NCBI GenBank assembly: GCA_035568195.1
Contig: DATMOQ010000151.1
Span: forward strand, 1-33,645
Length of the DNA stretch: 33,645 bases
Source of the DNA: Gemmatimonadales bacterium
GTDB lineage: Bacteria; Gemmatimonadota; Gemmatimonadetes; Gemmatimonadales; GWC2-71-9
Reading direction: 5' to 3'
This document shows, one piece after another, positions 1 through 8,931 of this stretch. A model generated the notes under the pieces. It was not told where the DNA came from. It worked only from the letters and a program-made list of their open reading frames with translations, and ran no database searches. The number at the start of each line of letters is the position of its first letter. The stretch's first letter is position 1. The position numbers and the translations under genes were made by a program.

Positions 1-1
1 G

Positions 2-259
2 GGGGCGACCCCGGCCGAAGCGGTGAGCTGGGGCAAGATCGACCCCGACAAGCTCCCCGGGACCGTGGTCTGCTACCTGGACAACACCGTGGCGCTGCCG
101 CTCGTGGCGGCCTATGCCCTGGCCAAGCGGCAACCGCGCCCCTTGAAGCGGCTCTACGACCGCCGCACGGCGATGATGGCCGATCTCCTGACCGCCTACA
201 AAAAGGCCCAGAAGTCGCGCGATGCGCGCGCGGAGGCTGCCACTGGCGGACGCGCGTAA
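2..259 (+). CDS. deoxyhypusine synthase-family protein, C-terminal fragment (5' end lies outside the window)
   Basis: The frame is open from the window edge. The translation [39 protein letters not shown] carries the EAVSWGKI motif I associate with the C-terminal region of deoxyhypusine/homospermidine synthase-like enzymes. Stop TAA at 257-259. GC3-rich. Confidence 0.65.
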   Translation, partial: GATPAEAVSWGKIDPDKLPGTVVCYLDNTVALPLVAAYALAKRQPRPLKRLYDRRTAMMADLLTAYKKAQKSRDARAEAATGGRA

Positions 260-1751
260 GAGCGGCGCCACGACGATCGCCGGCTCCGGAACGTACGCCG
301 CGTACGTCCTCGGGCTCCTCACGCTGATCAATCTGTTGAACTATCTCGACCGGAACGTGGTGTTCGCCGTGTTCGAGCCGGTGAAGCACGAGCTCCACGT
401 CTCCGATCAGCAGCTCGGCTGGCTGGGATCCGCGTACATCATCGTCCTGTCGATTTGCTCCATTCCCCTCGGAGTGCTGAGCGACCTCAAGTCCCGCCGC
501 ACCGTGATCGCGTGGAGCCTGGGATTCTGGAGCCTGTTCACCGCGCTGGGCGGGTTCGTCCGGGGGTTCGGGCAGCTGGTCGCGACTCGGGCCCTGGTGG
601 GCGTCGGCGAAGCGGGATACGCGCCCGCGTCACAAGCCATCATCGCCGACTACTACAAGGGACGCGCCCGAGCGTTCGCGATGGGCATCTACTCCGTCGG
701 CACCGTGGTGGGAGGGATCCTCGGCATCTGGCTCGGCGGCGTCATCGCGGTGAAGTACGGTTGGCGTTGGGCGTTCATCGTGATGGGGATCCCCGGTGTC
801 TTCCTCACGGTGCTGGCGGCGCGGATCCGCGAGCTCAACCAGCGGGCGCCGACGCCCATACGCGACACGATCGTCCGCTGGTATCGGGCCGGCGTCCGCC
901 GCGCCGTCCGCTACGTCCTGCCGGTGGCGGGTCTGTCGCTGCTGGGAGCCGTCGCGGCCAGCGTCCTCGATCTGGCCGCGGGCCTTTCCTTCGACCAGTC
1001 GATGGCGGTGTTCGGGGTGTTCGTCGCGGCCGGCCTCGTGTGGACCGTGGCCCGGCTGGTGCCGGTCGCGGTTCGCCGGACGGCGCAGGCCGGCGATGTG
1101 GCCGCGTCCGCTTTCGAGGAGTTCCTCGAGGCGGCCACCGTGGTGCTGCGGACGCCCACGCTCATCTGGGTCTTTTTGGGCGGCGCGATGGTCACGTTCG
1201 CGGTGAACGGGCTCAGCGTCTGGGCCGCGACGTTCATGAGTCGTGTGCACGGCCTCTCGGTCCCCACCTTCAGCGCCCGGTACGGTCCCTGGGCGTTGGC
1301 GGGCGCCGTACTGGGGGTGCTGGTCGGGGGGAAGTCGGCGGACTGGCTGCAGCAGCGGTGGGCCGGGGGCCGCGTGGTGACCTCGGGCGTGGGCTTCATC
1401 CTCGCGGGCCCCCTGGTGGGCTGGCTCCTGATTTCAGGCAGTCTGCGGGGCTTCGCGCCGCTCATCTTCGGCATTTACTTCTTCTATACCTGGTACAACG
1501 GGCCTCTCGCCGCGGTGATATTCGACGTCGTTCCCGCCGCCGTACGGGCCTCGGTCGCGGGAGCCTTCGTGCTCTTCTCGCACCTCGCGGGGGACGCCCT
1601 CGCGCCGCCGCTGGTGGGATATCTCTCCGACAAGACCCGGAGCATTCAGACGGCGATGGTCGTGCTGCCGGTCGCCGGCGTGGTGGGGGGACTGGTTATT
1701 CTGGTGGCTCTCAAGACCGTAGCTGCCGACATGAAGCGGGTGAAGAAGTGA
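222..1751 (+). CDS. MFS transporter (Spinster-like subfamily)
   Basis: 509-aa ORF with an ATG start. It has many hydrophobic helices and an N-terminal [16 protein letters not shown]...LGWLGSAY motif typical of MFS_1/Spinster-like permeases. It overlaps the upstream gene by 38 nt. Confidence 0.85.
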   Translation: MRARRLPLADARKSGATTIAGSGTYAAYVLGLLTLINLLNYLDRNVVFAVFEPVKHELHVSDQQLGWLGSAYIIVLSICSIPLGVLSDLKSRRTVIAWSLGFWSLFTALGGFVRGFGQLVATRALVGVGEAGYAPASQAIIADYYKGRARAFAMGIYSVGTVVGGILGIWLGGVIAVKYGWRWAFIVMGIPGVFLTVLAARIRELNQRAPTPIRDTIVRWYRAGVRRAVRYVLPVAGLSLLGAVAASVLDLAAGLSFDQSMAVFGVFVAAGLVWTVARLVPVAVRRTAQAGDVAASAFEEFLEAATVVLRTPTLIWVFLGGAMVTFAVNGLSVWAATFMSRVHGLSVPTFSARYGPWALAGAVLGVLVGGKSADWLQQRWAGGRVVTSGVGFILAGPLVGWLLISGSLRGFAPLIFGIYFFYTWYNGPLAAVIFDVVPAAVRASVAGAFVLFSHLAGDALAPPLVGYLSDKTRSIQTAMVVLPVAGVVGGLVILVALKTVAADMKRVKK

Positions 1752-2740
1752 AGCGACGGGAAATTCCCAGACCTGAAGTCCGCTGCACCCGCTGCCGCGC
1801 CGAGCTGGAGCGGTTCTGGTCGTATTGCCCCAATTGCGCGAAGTCGCTCGTCTGGGGCGACACCCAGCGCGAGACCGGGGCCGAGTGCGCGTACTGCCGC
1901 TGGATGGTGTCGGACACCTTCTCGTTCTGTCCCTGGTGCGGCCGGAGCATCGCCGACCGGCAATCGTCGCCGGAGCCGCTCAAGGCGCCGAAGGGATTCA
2001 AGTTTCACGCGCGGTGCGATTGGGGCTGCGGCGGCGGCGTGATGTACCCCATGCCCTGGTGCCCGTGGTGCGGACGCGAGCAGATCTGGCGCTACACGCA
2101 CTTCCAGAACATCTGCCCGCACTGCGACAAGGGCGTGGACGACTGGATGGAGACGTGTCCGTGGTGCGGTGAAGATGCCACCGGGCAGGCCTTGATCCCC
2201 CGGGCACTCACCCGCACCCGACGCCTGCTCGTCGTCAGCCGGCTCACCGACTGGAACTACCGGGTGTTGCTGCGGCCCGGCGTGTCGGGCGTCGACCCCG
2301 ACGCACCCAAGGTGATCGAGATCGACCGGCGCTACGTGACGGGGAAGAGGCGGCGGGATGAGATCTCCTGGAACCTGCTCACCGGACTCATCCTCCACGA
2401 GCTGGGTCACTCGTTCCTGTACCATCACTGGTCCTGGACCAGCACGGGGCGATTCCGCCGGGCGTTCGGCGAAGTGCGGAAGGCCTACCGGGTGGCGGAC
2501 GAACACTGGGTGGACTTCGAGCGGCGCCGGGTGGCGACGACGCTGCCGGACTACGTCAGCATGTACGCCGCGACGCACCCGCAGGAGGACTTCGCCGAGA
2601 CGTTCCGCTTTTACGTGGCCCGGCGGGGGCGTCTGCGCGAGTTGTTCGGGGAGTTCGGACGGAAGCGCAAGGGCGTGCAGCTCTTCGAGAAGTTCCTGGT
2701 GCTTCACGACTATGTGAGGAGCCTCCGCGGGTGGCGCTGA
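1748..2740 (+). CDS. protein with four tandem zinc ribbons and a C-terminal HExxH zinc-metallopeptidase-like domain
   Basis: GTG start at 1748 overlaps the MFS stop codon (GTGA). There are four Cx2-3C...CPxC(G) units between nt 1784 and 2167: CTRC..CPNC, CAYC..CPWCG, CDWGC..CPWCG, CPHC..CPWCG. HELGH lies at 2396-2410, followed by ATHPQEDFAETFRFY, as in the poorly characterised 'putative zinc-binding metallopeptidase' family. The 761-aa ORF in the track starting at 455 is an out-of-frame read-through of the MFS gene. Confidence 0.8.
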   Translation: MKRREIPRPEVRCTRCRAELERFWSYCPNCAKSLVWGDTQRETGAECAYCRWMVSDTFSFCPWCGRSIADRQSSPEPLKAPKGFKFHARCDWGCGGGVMYPMPWCPWCGREQIWRYTHFQNICPHCDKGVDDWMETCPWCGEDATGQALIPRALTRTRRLLVVSRLTDWNYRVLLRPGVSGVDPDAPKVIEIDRRYVTGKRRRDEISWNLLTGLILHELGHSFLYHHWSWTSTGRFRRAFGEVRKAYRVADEHWVDFERRRVATTLPDYVSMYAATHPQEDFAETFRFYVARRGRLRELFGEFGRKRKGVQLFEKFLVLHDYVRSLRGWR

Positions 2741-2741
2741 T

Positions 2742-2816
2742 GTTATCCCCGGGGCCACGCCCCGGGGTTTGCCCGGGGCCATGCCCCGACGTTATCCCCT
2801 TGGCCACGCCCCGGGG
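2742..2816. repeat. three imperfect tandem direct repeats (about 23-26 bp), each built around CCCCGGGG-type palindromes
   Basis: Unit A is GTTATCCCCGGGGCCACGCCCCGGGG (2742-2767). Unit B is the degenerate TTTGCCCGGGGCCATGCCCCGAC (2768-2790). Unit C is GTTATCCCCTTGGCCACGCCCCGGGG (2791-2816). A and C differ at 2 of 26 positions. In unit A, CCCCGGGG-ccacg-CCCCGGGG can fold as an 8-bp GC stem. The repeats fill the 87-bp gap between the metallopeptidase-like gene and the DUF481 gene. Confidence 0.7.
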
Positions 2817-2827
2817 TATCTTGTAGC

Positions 2828-3544
2828 ATGCGATCTCTGACTCTCGTGCTCGGTGGTCTCCTCGCCGCCGGTTCGGCGGCCGCGCAGAGCCCGGACACCA
2901 CCAAGCTGGCGGTGGGCCTGGGCCTCGTGACCACGAGTGGAAACACCAGCGTCACCACGTTCAACTTCGGCAACTCGTTCTCCTATATCGCGCATCCGTG
3001 GGTGCTCTCCGAAGCGGCGTCCATGATCTACGGGTCTTCGCACGACACGGTGAACAACGACCAGTACCACCTTCTGCTCCGCGCGGACTACGCGCTGCAC
3101 GACGGCATCTCGGCGTATCTGTACGGAGGCTTCGACCGCGATCGCTTCGCCGGTGTCGTGTCCCGCTACCAGGAAGCGGGCGGTATCGCGTGGAAGGCGA
3201 TCGAGCGGCCGTCCGACCTCCTGACGCTGGAAGCCGGTCTGTCGGAGAACCAGCAGCGCGACGTGGGGGTGGGCCCGGCGACGTCGTTCGCGGCGGCCCG
3301 GGCGGCCGTGACCTACAAGCACATGCTGAACAAGACCGCGTATCTGCAGGAAGCGGCCGAAGCGCTTCCCGATCTCCAGGAGAGCAAGAACCTCCGGATC
3401 AACTCGGCCACGGATCTTGTGGCGCCCCTCTCGACGGCGATCTCGCTTAAAGTGGGGTACGTGATCCGCTTCGATAACCTGCCCCCTGTGGGCTTCAAGA
3501 AGACCGACCGGATTCTGACGACCGGCATCCAGATCGCGCTCTAA
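2828..3544 (+). CDS. DUF481-family outer-membrane beta-barrel protein (YdiY-like), with signal peptide
   Basis: 238 aa. The N-terminus MRSLTLVLGGLLAAGSAAAQ is a signal peptide. Alternating beta-strand pattern, with the TTSGNTSVTTFN...LRADYAL...GGFDRDRFAG motifs typical of DUF481. Confidence 0.8.
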   Translation: MRSLTLVLGGLLAAGSAAAQSPDTTKLAVGLGLVTTSGNTSVTTFNFGNSFSYIAHPWVLSEAASMIYGSSHDTVNNDQYHLLLRADYALHDGISAYLYGGFDRDRFAGVVSRYQEAGGIAWKAIERPSDLLTLEAGLSENQQRDVGVGPATSFAAARAAVTYKHMLNKTAYLQEAAEALPDLQESKNLRINSATDLVAPLSTAISLKVGYVIRFDNLPPVGFKKTDRILTTGIQIAL

Positions 3545-3555
3545 GAGGAGGACCG

Positions 3556-4290
3556 ATGGCCAACCCCGTGATGAACTCGAAGACCTTTGTGGGAGCCGGC
3601 ACCGCAGCCGGTGTCGAGACGATGACGATCGAAGGCACCGCGAACAAGACGGGCCTTCTGCTGCTCATCTGTCTTGCGACCGCCAGCTGGATCTGGACGC
3701 AGACCTACAACGCCATCGATCCCCGAGTGGCGCTGCCCTGGATGTTGGGCGGTGTATTCGGCGGACTCGGTGTCGCCATCGCGACGAGGATCAAACCGGT
3801 CTGGGCGCCCATTACCGCTCCGCTGTATGCCGCCCTCGAGGGGCTGGCCTTGGGCGGGATTTCGGCCATGTACCAGACCGCGTATCCGGGCATCCTGGTG
3901 CAGGCCGTCTCGCTCACGTTCGGAACGCTCTTCGTCATGCTGCTCGCCTACCGCAGCGGCCTGGTAAGGGCCACGCCGATGTTCCGCAAGGTGATCGGGA
4001 TCGCGATGGGTGCCATCCTGCTCTACTACATTGGGACCCTCCTGCTGGGCCTCTTCGGCGTGGACACGAGCTACTTCAATGCCGGCGGAACCGTCGGCAT
4101 CGTGGTCAGCCTCGTGATAGTCGCCGTCGCCGCGTTCCGGATGGTGCTCGACTTCGACATGATCGAGCAGGGGGTCAAACAGGGCGCGCCCAAGGCCATG
4201 GAGTGGTACGGCGCCTTTGCCCTGATTGTGGGCCTGATCTGGCTCTACCTGGAGATCCTCCGGCTGCTGGCGAGAGCGCGCCGCCGGTAG
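3556..4290 (+). CDS. Bax inhibitor-1/YccA-family integral membrane protein
   Basis: 244 aa. GAGGAGG ribosome-binding site about 5 nt upstream of the ATG. N-terminus is MANPVMNSKTF..., followed by about 7 hydrophobic helices. The C-terminal charged tail RLLARARRR is characteristic of the family. Confidence 0.8.
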   Translation: MANPVMNSKTFVGAGTAAGVETMTIEGTANKTGLLLLICLATASWIWTQTYNAIDPRVALPWMLGGVFGGLGVAIATRIKPVWAPITAPLYAALEGLALGGISAMYQTAYPGILVQAVSLTFGTLFVMLLAYRSGLVRATPMFRKVIGIAMGAILLYYIGTLLLGLFGVDTSYFNAGGTVGIVVSLVIVAVAAFRMVLDFDMIEQGVKQGAPKAMEWYGAFALIVGLIWLYLEILRLLARARRR

Positions 4291-4321
4291 ACTGCAACCC
4301 TCGCCCTGACTCCAGGCATCC

Positions 4322-4358
4322 AAAGCCCGGGACCCCAAAGGTCCCGGGCTTTCTCATT
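4322..4358 (+). terminator. rho-independent terminator after the Bax-inhibitor-like gene
   Basis: AAAGCCCGGGACC-ccaaa-GGTCCCGGGCTTT: a perfect 13-bp stem with a 5-nt loop, followed by a T-rich tail (TTTCTCATT). Confidence 0.7.
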
Positions 4359-4373
4359 CCTCTTGAGGTCCTT

Positions 4374-5896
4374 ATGCCGCTTGCCAACCGCCTTCGTCCC
4401 GCCGTCGTCGTCCTGGCGCTCGCGTTCGTGTCCTGGATGGCCGGACGCGCGTCCGGCGCCGCGGCCCCCCGCGCGCCCCGCTCCGGCGCGACCGACTCCG
4501 CCACCATCGTCCGGGTGCTCGACCTCCTGCGCGGCGCCGACTCCACGGTCTGCGAACTCGCCGCCCGGTCGCTCACGCAGGGCTGGGGCGATTACGGGGC
4601 CCCCATCGGCAACCCGCTGACCCGCGCCGTCCTGCGGATCAGGCGCCGGGACGACGAGTCACCGGTCACCGGCGCGTTCCGGGCCGCGGTTCGCGATCCC
4701 AATCGATGTGTCCGCGAGCTCGCCGCGAGCCAGGTGGCGGACCACGACTCCTCGAGTCTCGCGCTCTTCACCACCCTGTCCGCCGATCGCGATCCCGCCC
4801 TGCGCGCCACCGGCGTGTTGGGCCTCGGCATCATCGGCAGCGCGCGCGCGCTCCCCACGCTCCGGAAGACGATTCAGGACGGCGATGCGCACGTCCGCGC
4901 GATGAGCGCCTGGGCCCTGGGCTCCGTCGACGACGGTGATGCGGTCCCCGCCCTCGCCACGGCCCTCCGCGACGACTCGGCCGAGGTCCGGCAGCTCGCC
5001 GCGCGGGCCCTTGGCTCGATCGGCGTCGTCAGCGCGCTCACGCCGCTCAAGCGGGCGCTGCAGGATCCCGCAGCGCCGGTGCGCCAGACGGCCGCCTGGG
5101 CCCTCGGCGAGCTGGGTGAGAAGAGCGCGGTACCGGCCCTCGGCGCGGCCCTGCGCGACGCCGATCCCGATGTGCGGGCCACCACGGTTTGGGCGCTGGG
5201 TCAGATCTCCGACTCGGTGGCCACCGCTCCGCTCGCGGGCGCGCTGCAGGACGACGATGCCGAGGTCCGTCAGATGGCGGCGTGGGCGTTGGGACAGATC
5301 GGCGACCGCAGCACGGTTCGACCCCTCACCCTGGCGTTGAAGGACCGCGATGACGACGTGAGAAGCGTGGCCGCGTGGGCCCTGGGACAGGTGAGTGATC
5401 CCGGCGCGGTCCCCGGCCTGGTGGGAGCGCTGAAAGACCCGTCGAACGACGTCCGCAGCATGGCGGCCTGGGCACTCGGCGAAGTGGGAGAAGCGCAAGC
5501 CGTTCCAGGTCTCGTCGCATCGCTGAAGGACGAGTCAACCGACGTGCAGACGACGTCCGCCTGGGCTCTGGGGGAGATCGGCAGTCCGTCCGCGATCGAT
5601 GGACTCAAGGCCGCCACGGGGGACTCCGATGAAGAAGTTCGGGAGACCGCGGCCTGGGCGCTGGCGCAGATCGACGACGATCGCGCCGAGCAGGCGGTGG
5701 AGGCGTTCTATCAGAAGAGCGACGTCGAGCGGCATCGCGGACCGCACCCGCATCCGCATCCCCACCCGCATCCGTGGAACAACCTGAGCGGCATGCCGAT
5801 GCCCATGCCCATGCCGATGCCGATGCCCATGCCGCAGCCCAATGTCGGGCGGATGCGGATCCACGTGCACGTGCCGCGGGTGCGGGTGCGCGGGAA

Positions 5897-5900
<4 letters not shown>
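4374..5900 (+). CDS. secreted HEAT-repeat protein (PBS-lyase HEAT-like repeats) with a His-Pro/Met-Pro repeat tail
   Basis: ATG at 4374 with GAGG 5 nt upstream. Signal-peptide-like N-terminus MPLANRLRPAVVVLALAFVSWMAGRASG. About 11 repeats of the xVRxxAAWALGxIGxxxAVPxLxxALxD type. The track ORF start at 4203 runs through the upstream terminator, so I rejected it. Confidence 0.8.
4695..5682 (+). repeat. about 11 tandem 93-bp (31-aa) HEAT-like coding repeats (approximate bounds)
   Basis: The motif (D/E)VR-x3-AAWALG-x-(I/V)(G/S) recurs at 31-residue spacing. The repeats are visible in the translation of 4374-5900. Confidence 0.75.
5745..5840 (+). repeat. in-frame hexanucleotide coding microsatellites: (CAYCCN)5 = (His-Pro)5 and (ATGCCN)7 = (Met-Pro)7
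   Basis: 5745-5774 reads cacccg catccg catccc cacccg catccg. 5793-5834 reads atgccg atgccc atgccc atgccg atgccg atgccc atgccg, followed by cagccc (Gln-Pro). Confidence 0.9.
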
Positions 5901-7528
<1,628 letters not shown>

Positions 7529-7659
7529 TTTCGCGAGCGCGGCGGTGCGCCCCCGATACGAGAACGATGTTTCGGCTCCCAACCGGGCCTCCGCTTGGCT
7601 CGCGTACCAGCGTCGTGGTAGGTTTGTCAGGGCTAGAAGAGCGACCGAGGGAGAATGTA

Positions 7660-8931
7660 ATGCTTCCAGGAGTAGGGCCAAGAGACGGGACCCGTCGGGT
7701 CGCCATCGTCGCCGGGTGTCGTACCCCGTTCGCCAAGTCGGGGACCGTGTTCCGGGACGTACTGGCAGTGGACCTGGCGCGGCACGCCGGCCGCGAGCTC
7801 CTCGAGCGGACCAATATCGATCCGCGGGAAGTGGATGAGGTGATCTTCGGACAGGTGGTGGCCTCGCCGCTGGTGCCCAACATCGCCCGCGAAGTGAGCC
7901 TCCTCCCTCAGCTCCCGAAGGAAGTCCCCGCCTATACCGTCAACCGGGCGTGCGCGTCTTCGGGGCAAGCGGTGTCCAATGCCGCCGACCAGATCGTCCG
8001 CGGCCACGCCGACGTGATTCTCGCGGGCGGCGTCGAGTCCCTCTCCGATATCCCCATCCTGCATTCCCATCGGATGGCCCAGATCCTGACCGAGCTTTCG
8101 AAGGCCAAGTCGCTCGGCGCCCGACTGGGCACGCTCGCCAAGATCCGCCCCCGTGACCTGATTCCCGTCTCCCCGGCCATCGCCGAGCCCTCCACGGGGG
8201 AGACGATGGGGCAGTCGGCGGAGAAGATGGCGAAGGAAAACGGGATCACGCGGGAGGCCCAGGATCAGTGGGCCCTGCGGAGCCACCGGCTGTCGGCGCA
8301 GGGGACGGCCGACGGGCGGCTCACCGCGGAGATCGTCCCCTGGCTTCCGACGGACGGGGGCGCGCCCATCGTTTCCGACAACGGCATCCGGACCGACACC
8401 ACCCTCGAACAGATGGCCAAACTCAAGCCGGTGTTCGATCGCCGGTACGGGTCGGTCACGGCCGCCAATTCCTCGCCGCTCACCGACGGCGCGTCCGCCG
8501 TTCTGCTGATGAGCGAGGACGCGGCGGGCGCGCTGGGCTACCGGCCTCTTGCCTACCTCCGGTCGTATGCCGTGGCCGCCGTCGACCCGGGCTGGCAGCT
8601 GCTCCAGGGACCGCTCTGGGCCGTGCCCAAGGCGCTCGAGCGCGCCGGCATCACGTGGGGCGAGCTGGGGCTCCTCGAAGTACACGAAGCGTTCGCGGCC
8701 CAGGTGCTCTCGAACTTCAAGGGCTGGAGCGAGAAGGGGTGGGACGTAAACCCCGACATCATCAACGTGATGGGGGGCTCCATCGCCATCGGCCACCCCT
8801 TCGGGGCCACCGGCGGACGGGTGATCACCACCCTGGCGAACGAAATGAATCGCCGCGATGTCCAGTTCGGACTGGTCTCCATCTGCGCGCAGGGCGGCAT
8901 GGCCTTCGCCTGCGTACTGGAGCGGATCTGA
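7660..8931 (+). CDS. fadI: 3-ketoacyl-CoA thiolase (acetyl-CoA C-acyltransferase), FadI-type
   Basis: ATG at 7660 is preceded by GAGGGAG. RRVAIVAGCRTPFAKSG...FGQVV...PNIAREV...NRACASS...ITREAQDQWALRSH...TAANSSPLTDGASAV...GGSIAIGHPFGATG is collinear with E. coli FadI as I recall it. The catalytic Cys, His and Cys contexts are present. Confidence 0.9.
   Translation: MLPGVGPRDGTRRVAIVAGCRTPFAKSGTVFRDVLAVDLARHAGRELLERTNIDPREVDEVIFGQVVASPLVPNIAREVSLLPQLPKEVPAYTVNRACASSGQAVSNAADQIVRGHADVILAGGVESLSDIPILHSHRMAQILTELSKAKSLGARLGTLAKIRPRDLIPVSPAIAEPSTGETMGQSAEKMAKENGITREAQDQWALRSHRLSAQGTADGRLTAEIVPWLPTDGGAPIVSDNGIRTDTTLEQMAKLKPVFDRRYGSVTAANSSPLTDGASAVLLMSEDAAGALGYRPLAYLRSYAVAAVDPGWQLLQGPLWAVPKALERAGITWGELGLLEVHEAFAAQVLSNFKGWSEKGWDVNPDIINVMGGSIAIGHPFGATGGRVITTLANEMNRRDVQFGLVSICAQGGMAFACVLERI

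Noticed and set aside
455-1747. N-terminal 431 codons of the 761-aa track ORF (455-2740)
   Set aside because: This part is an alternative frame of the MFS transporter gene and gives an Arg/Gly/Pro-rich nonsense sequence. Real coding begins at the GTG at 1748, where the zinc-ribbon motifs start.
4203-4373. Upstream extension of the HEAT-repeat ORF, and the similar extensions 8268-8930 (fadJ), 11412-12020, 14332-14775, 17526-18002 and 31461-31691 (M28)
   Set aside because: These extensions run through the preceding gene or a terminator hairpin. They lack signal-peptide or family homology. Better-placed starts exist, with ribosome-binding sites, signal peptides or homology-consistent N-termini.
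5745-5840. Short regular repeats considered as a possible CRISPR-like or contingency-locus array
   Set aside because: The units are 6 bp, contiguous, in frame and inside a coding sequence. There are no spacers and no frameshift potential, so I classify them as a coding microsatellite.
7529-7659. Possible regulator site TACCA-gcgtcg-TGGTA in the glpD/fadI divergent region
   Set aside because: The arms are only 5 bp (6 of 7 with extension). That is too short to separate from chance without comparative data. I found no recognisable GlpR- or FadR-type consensus.
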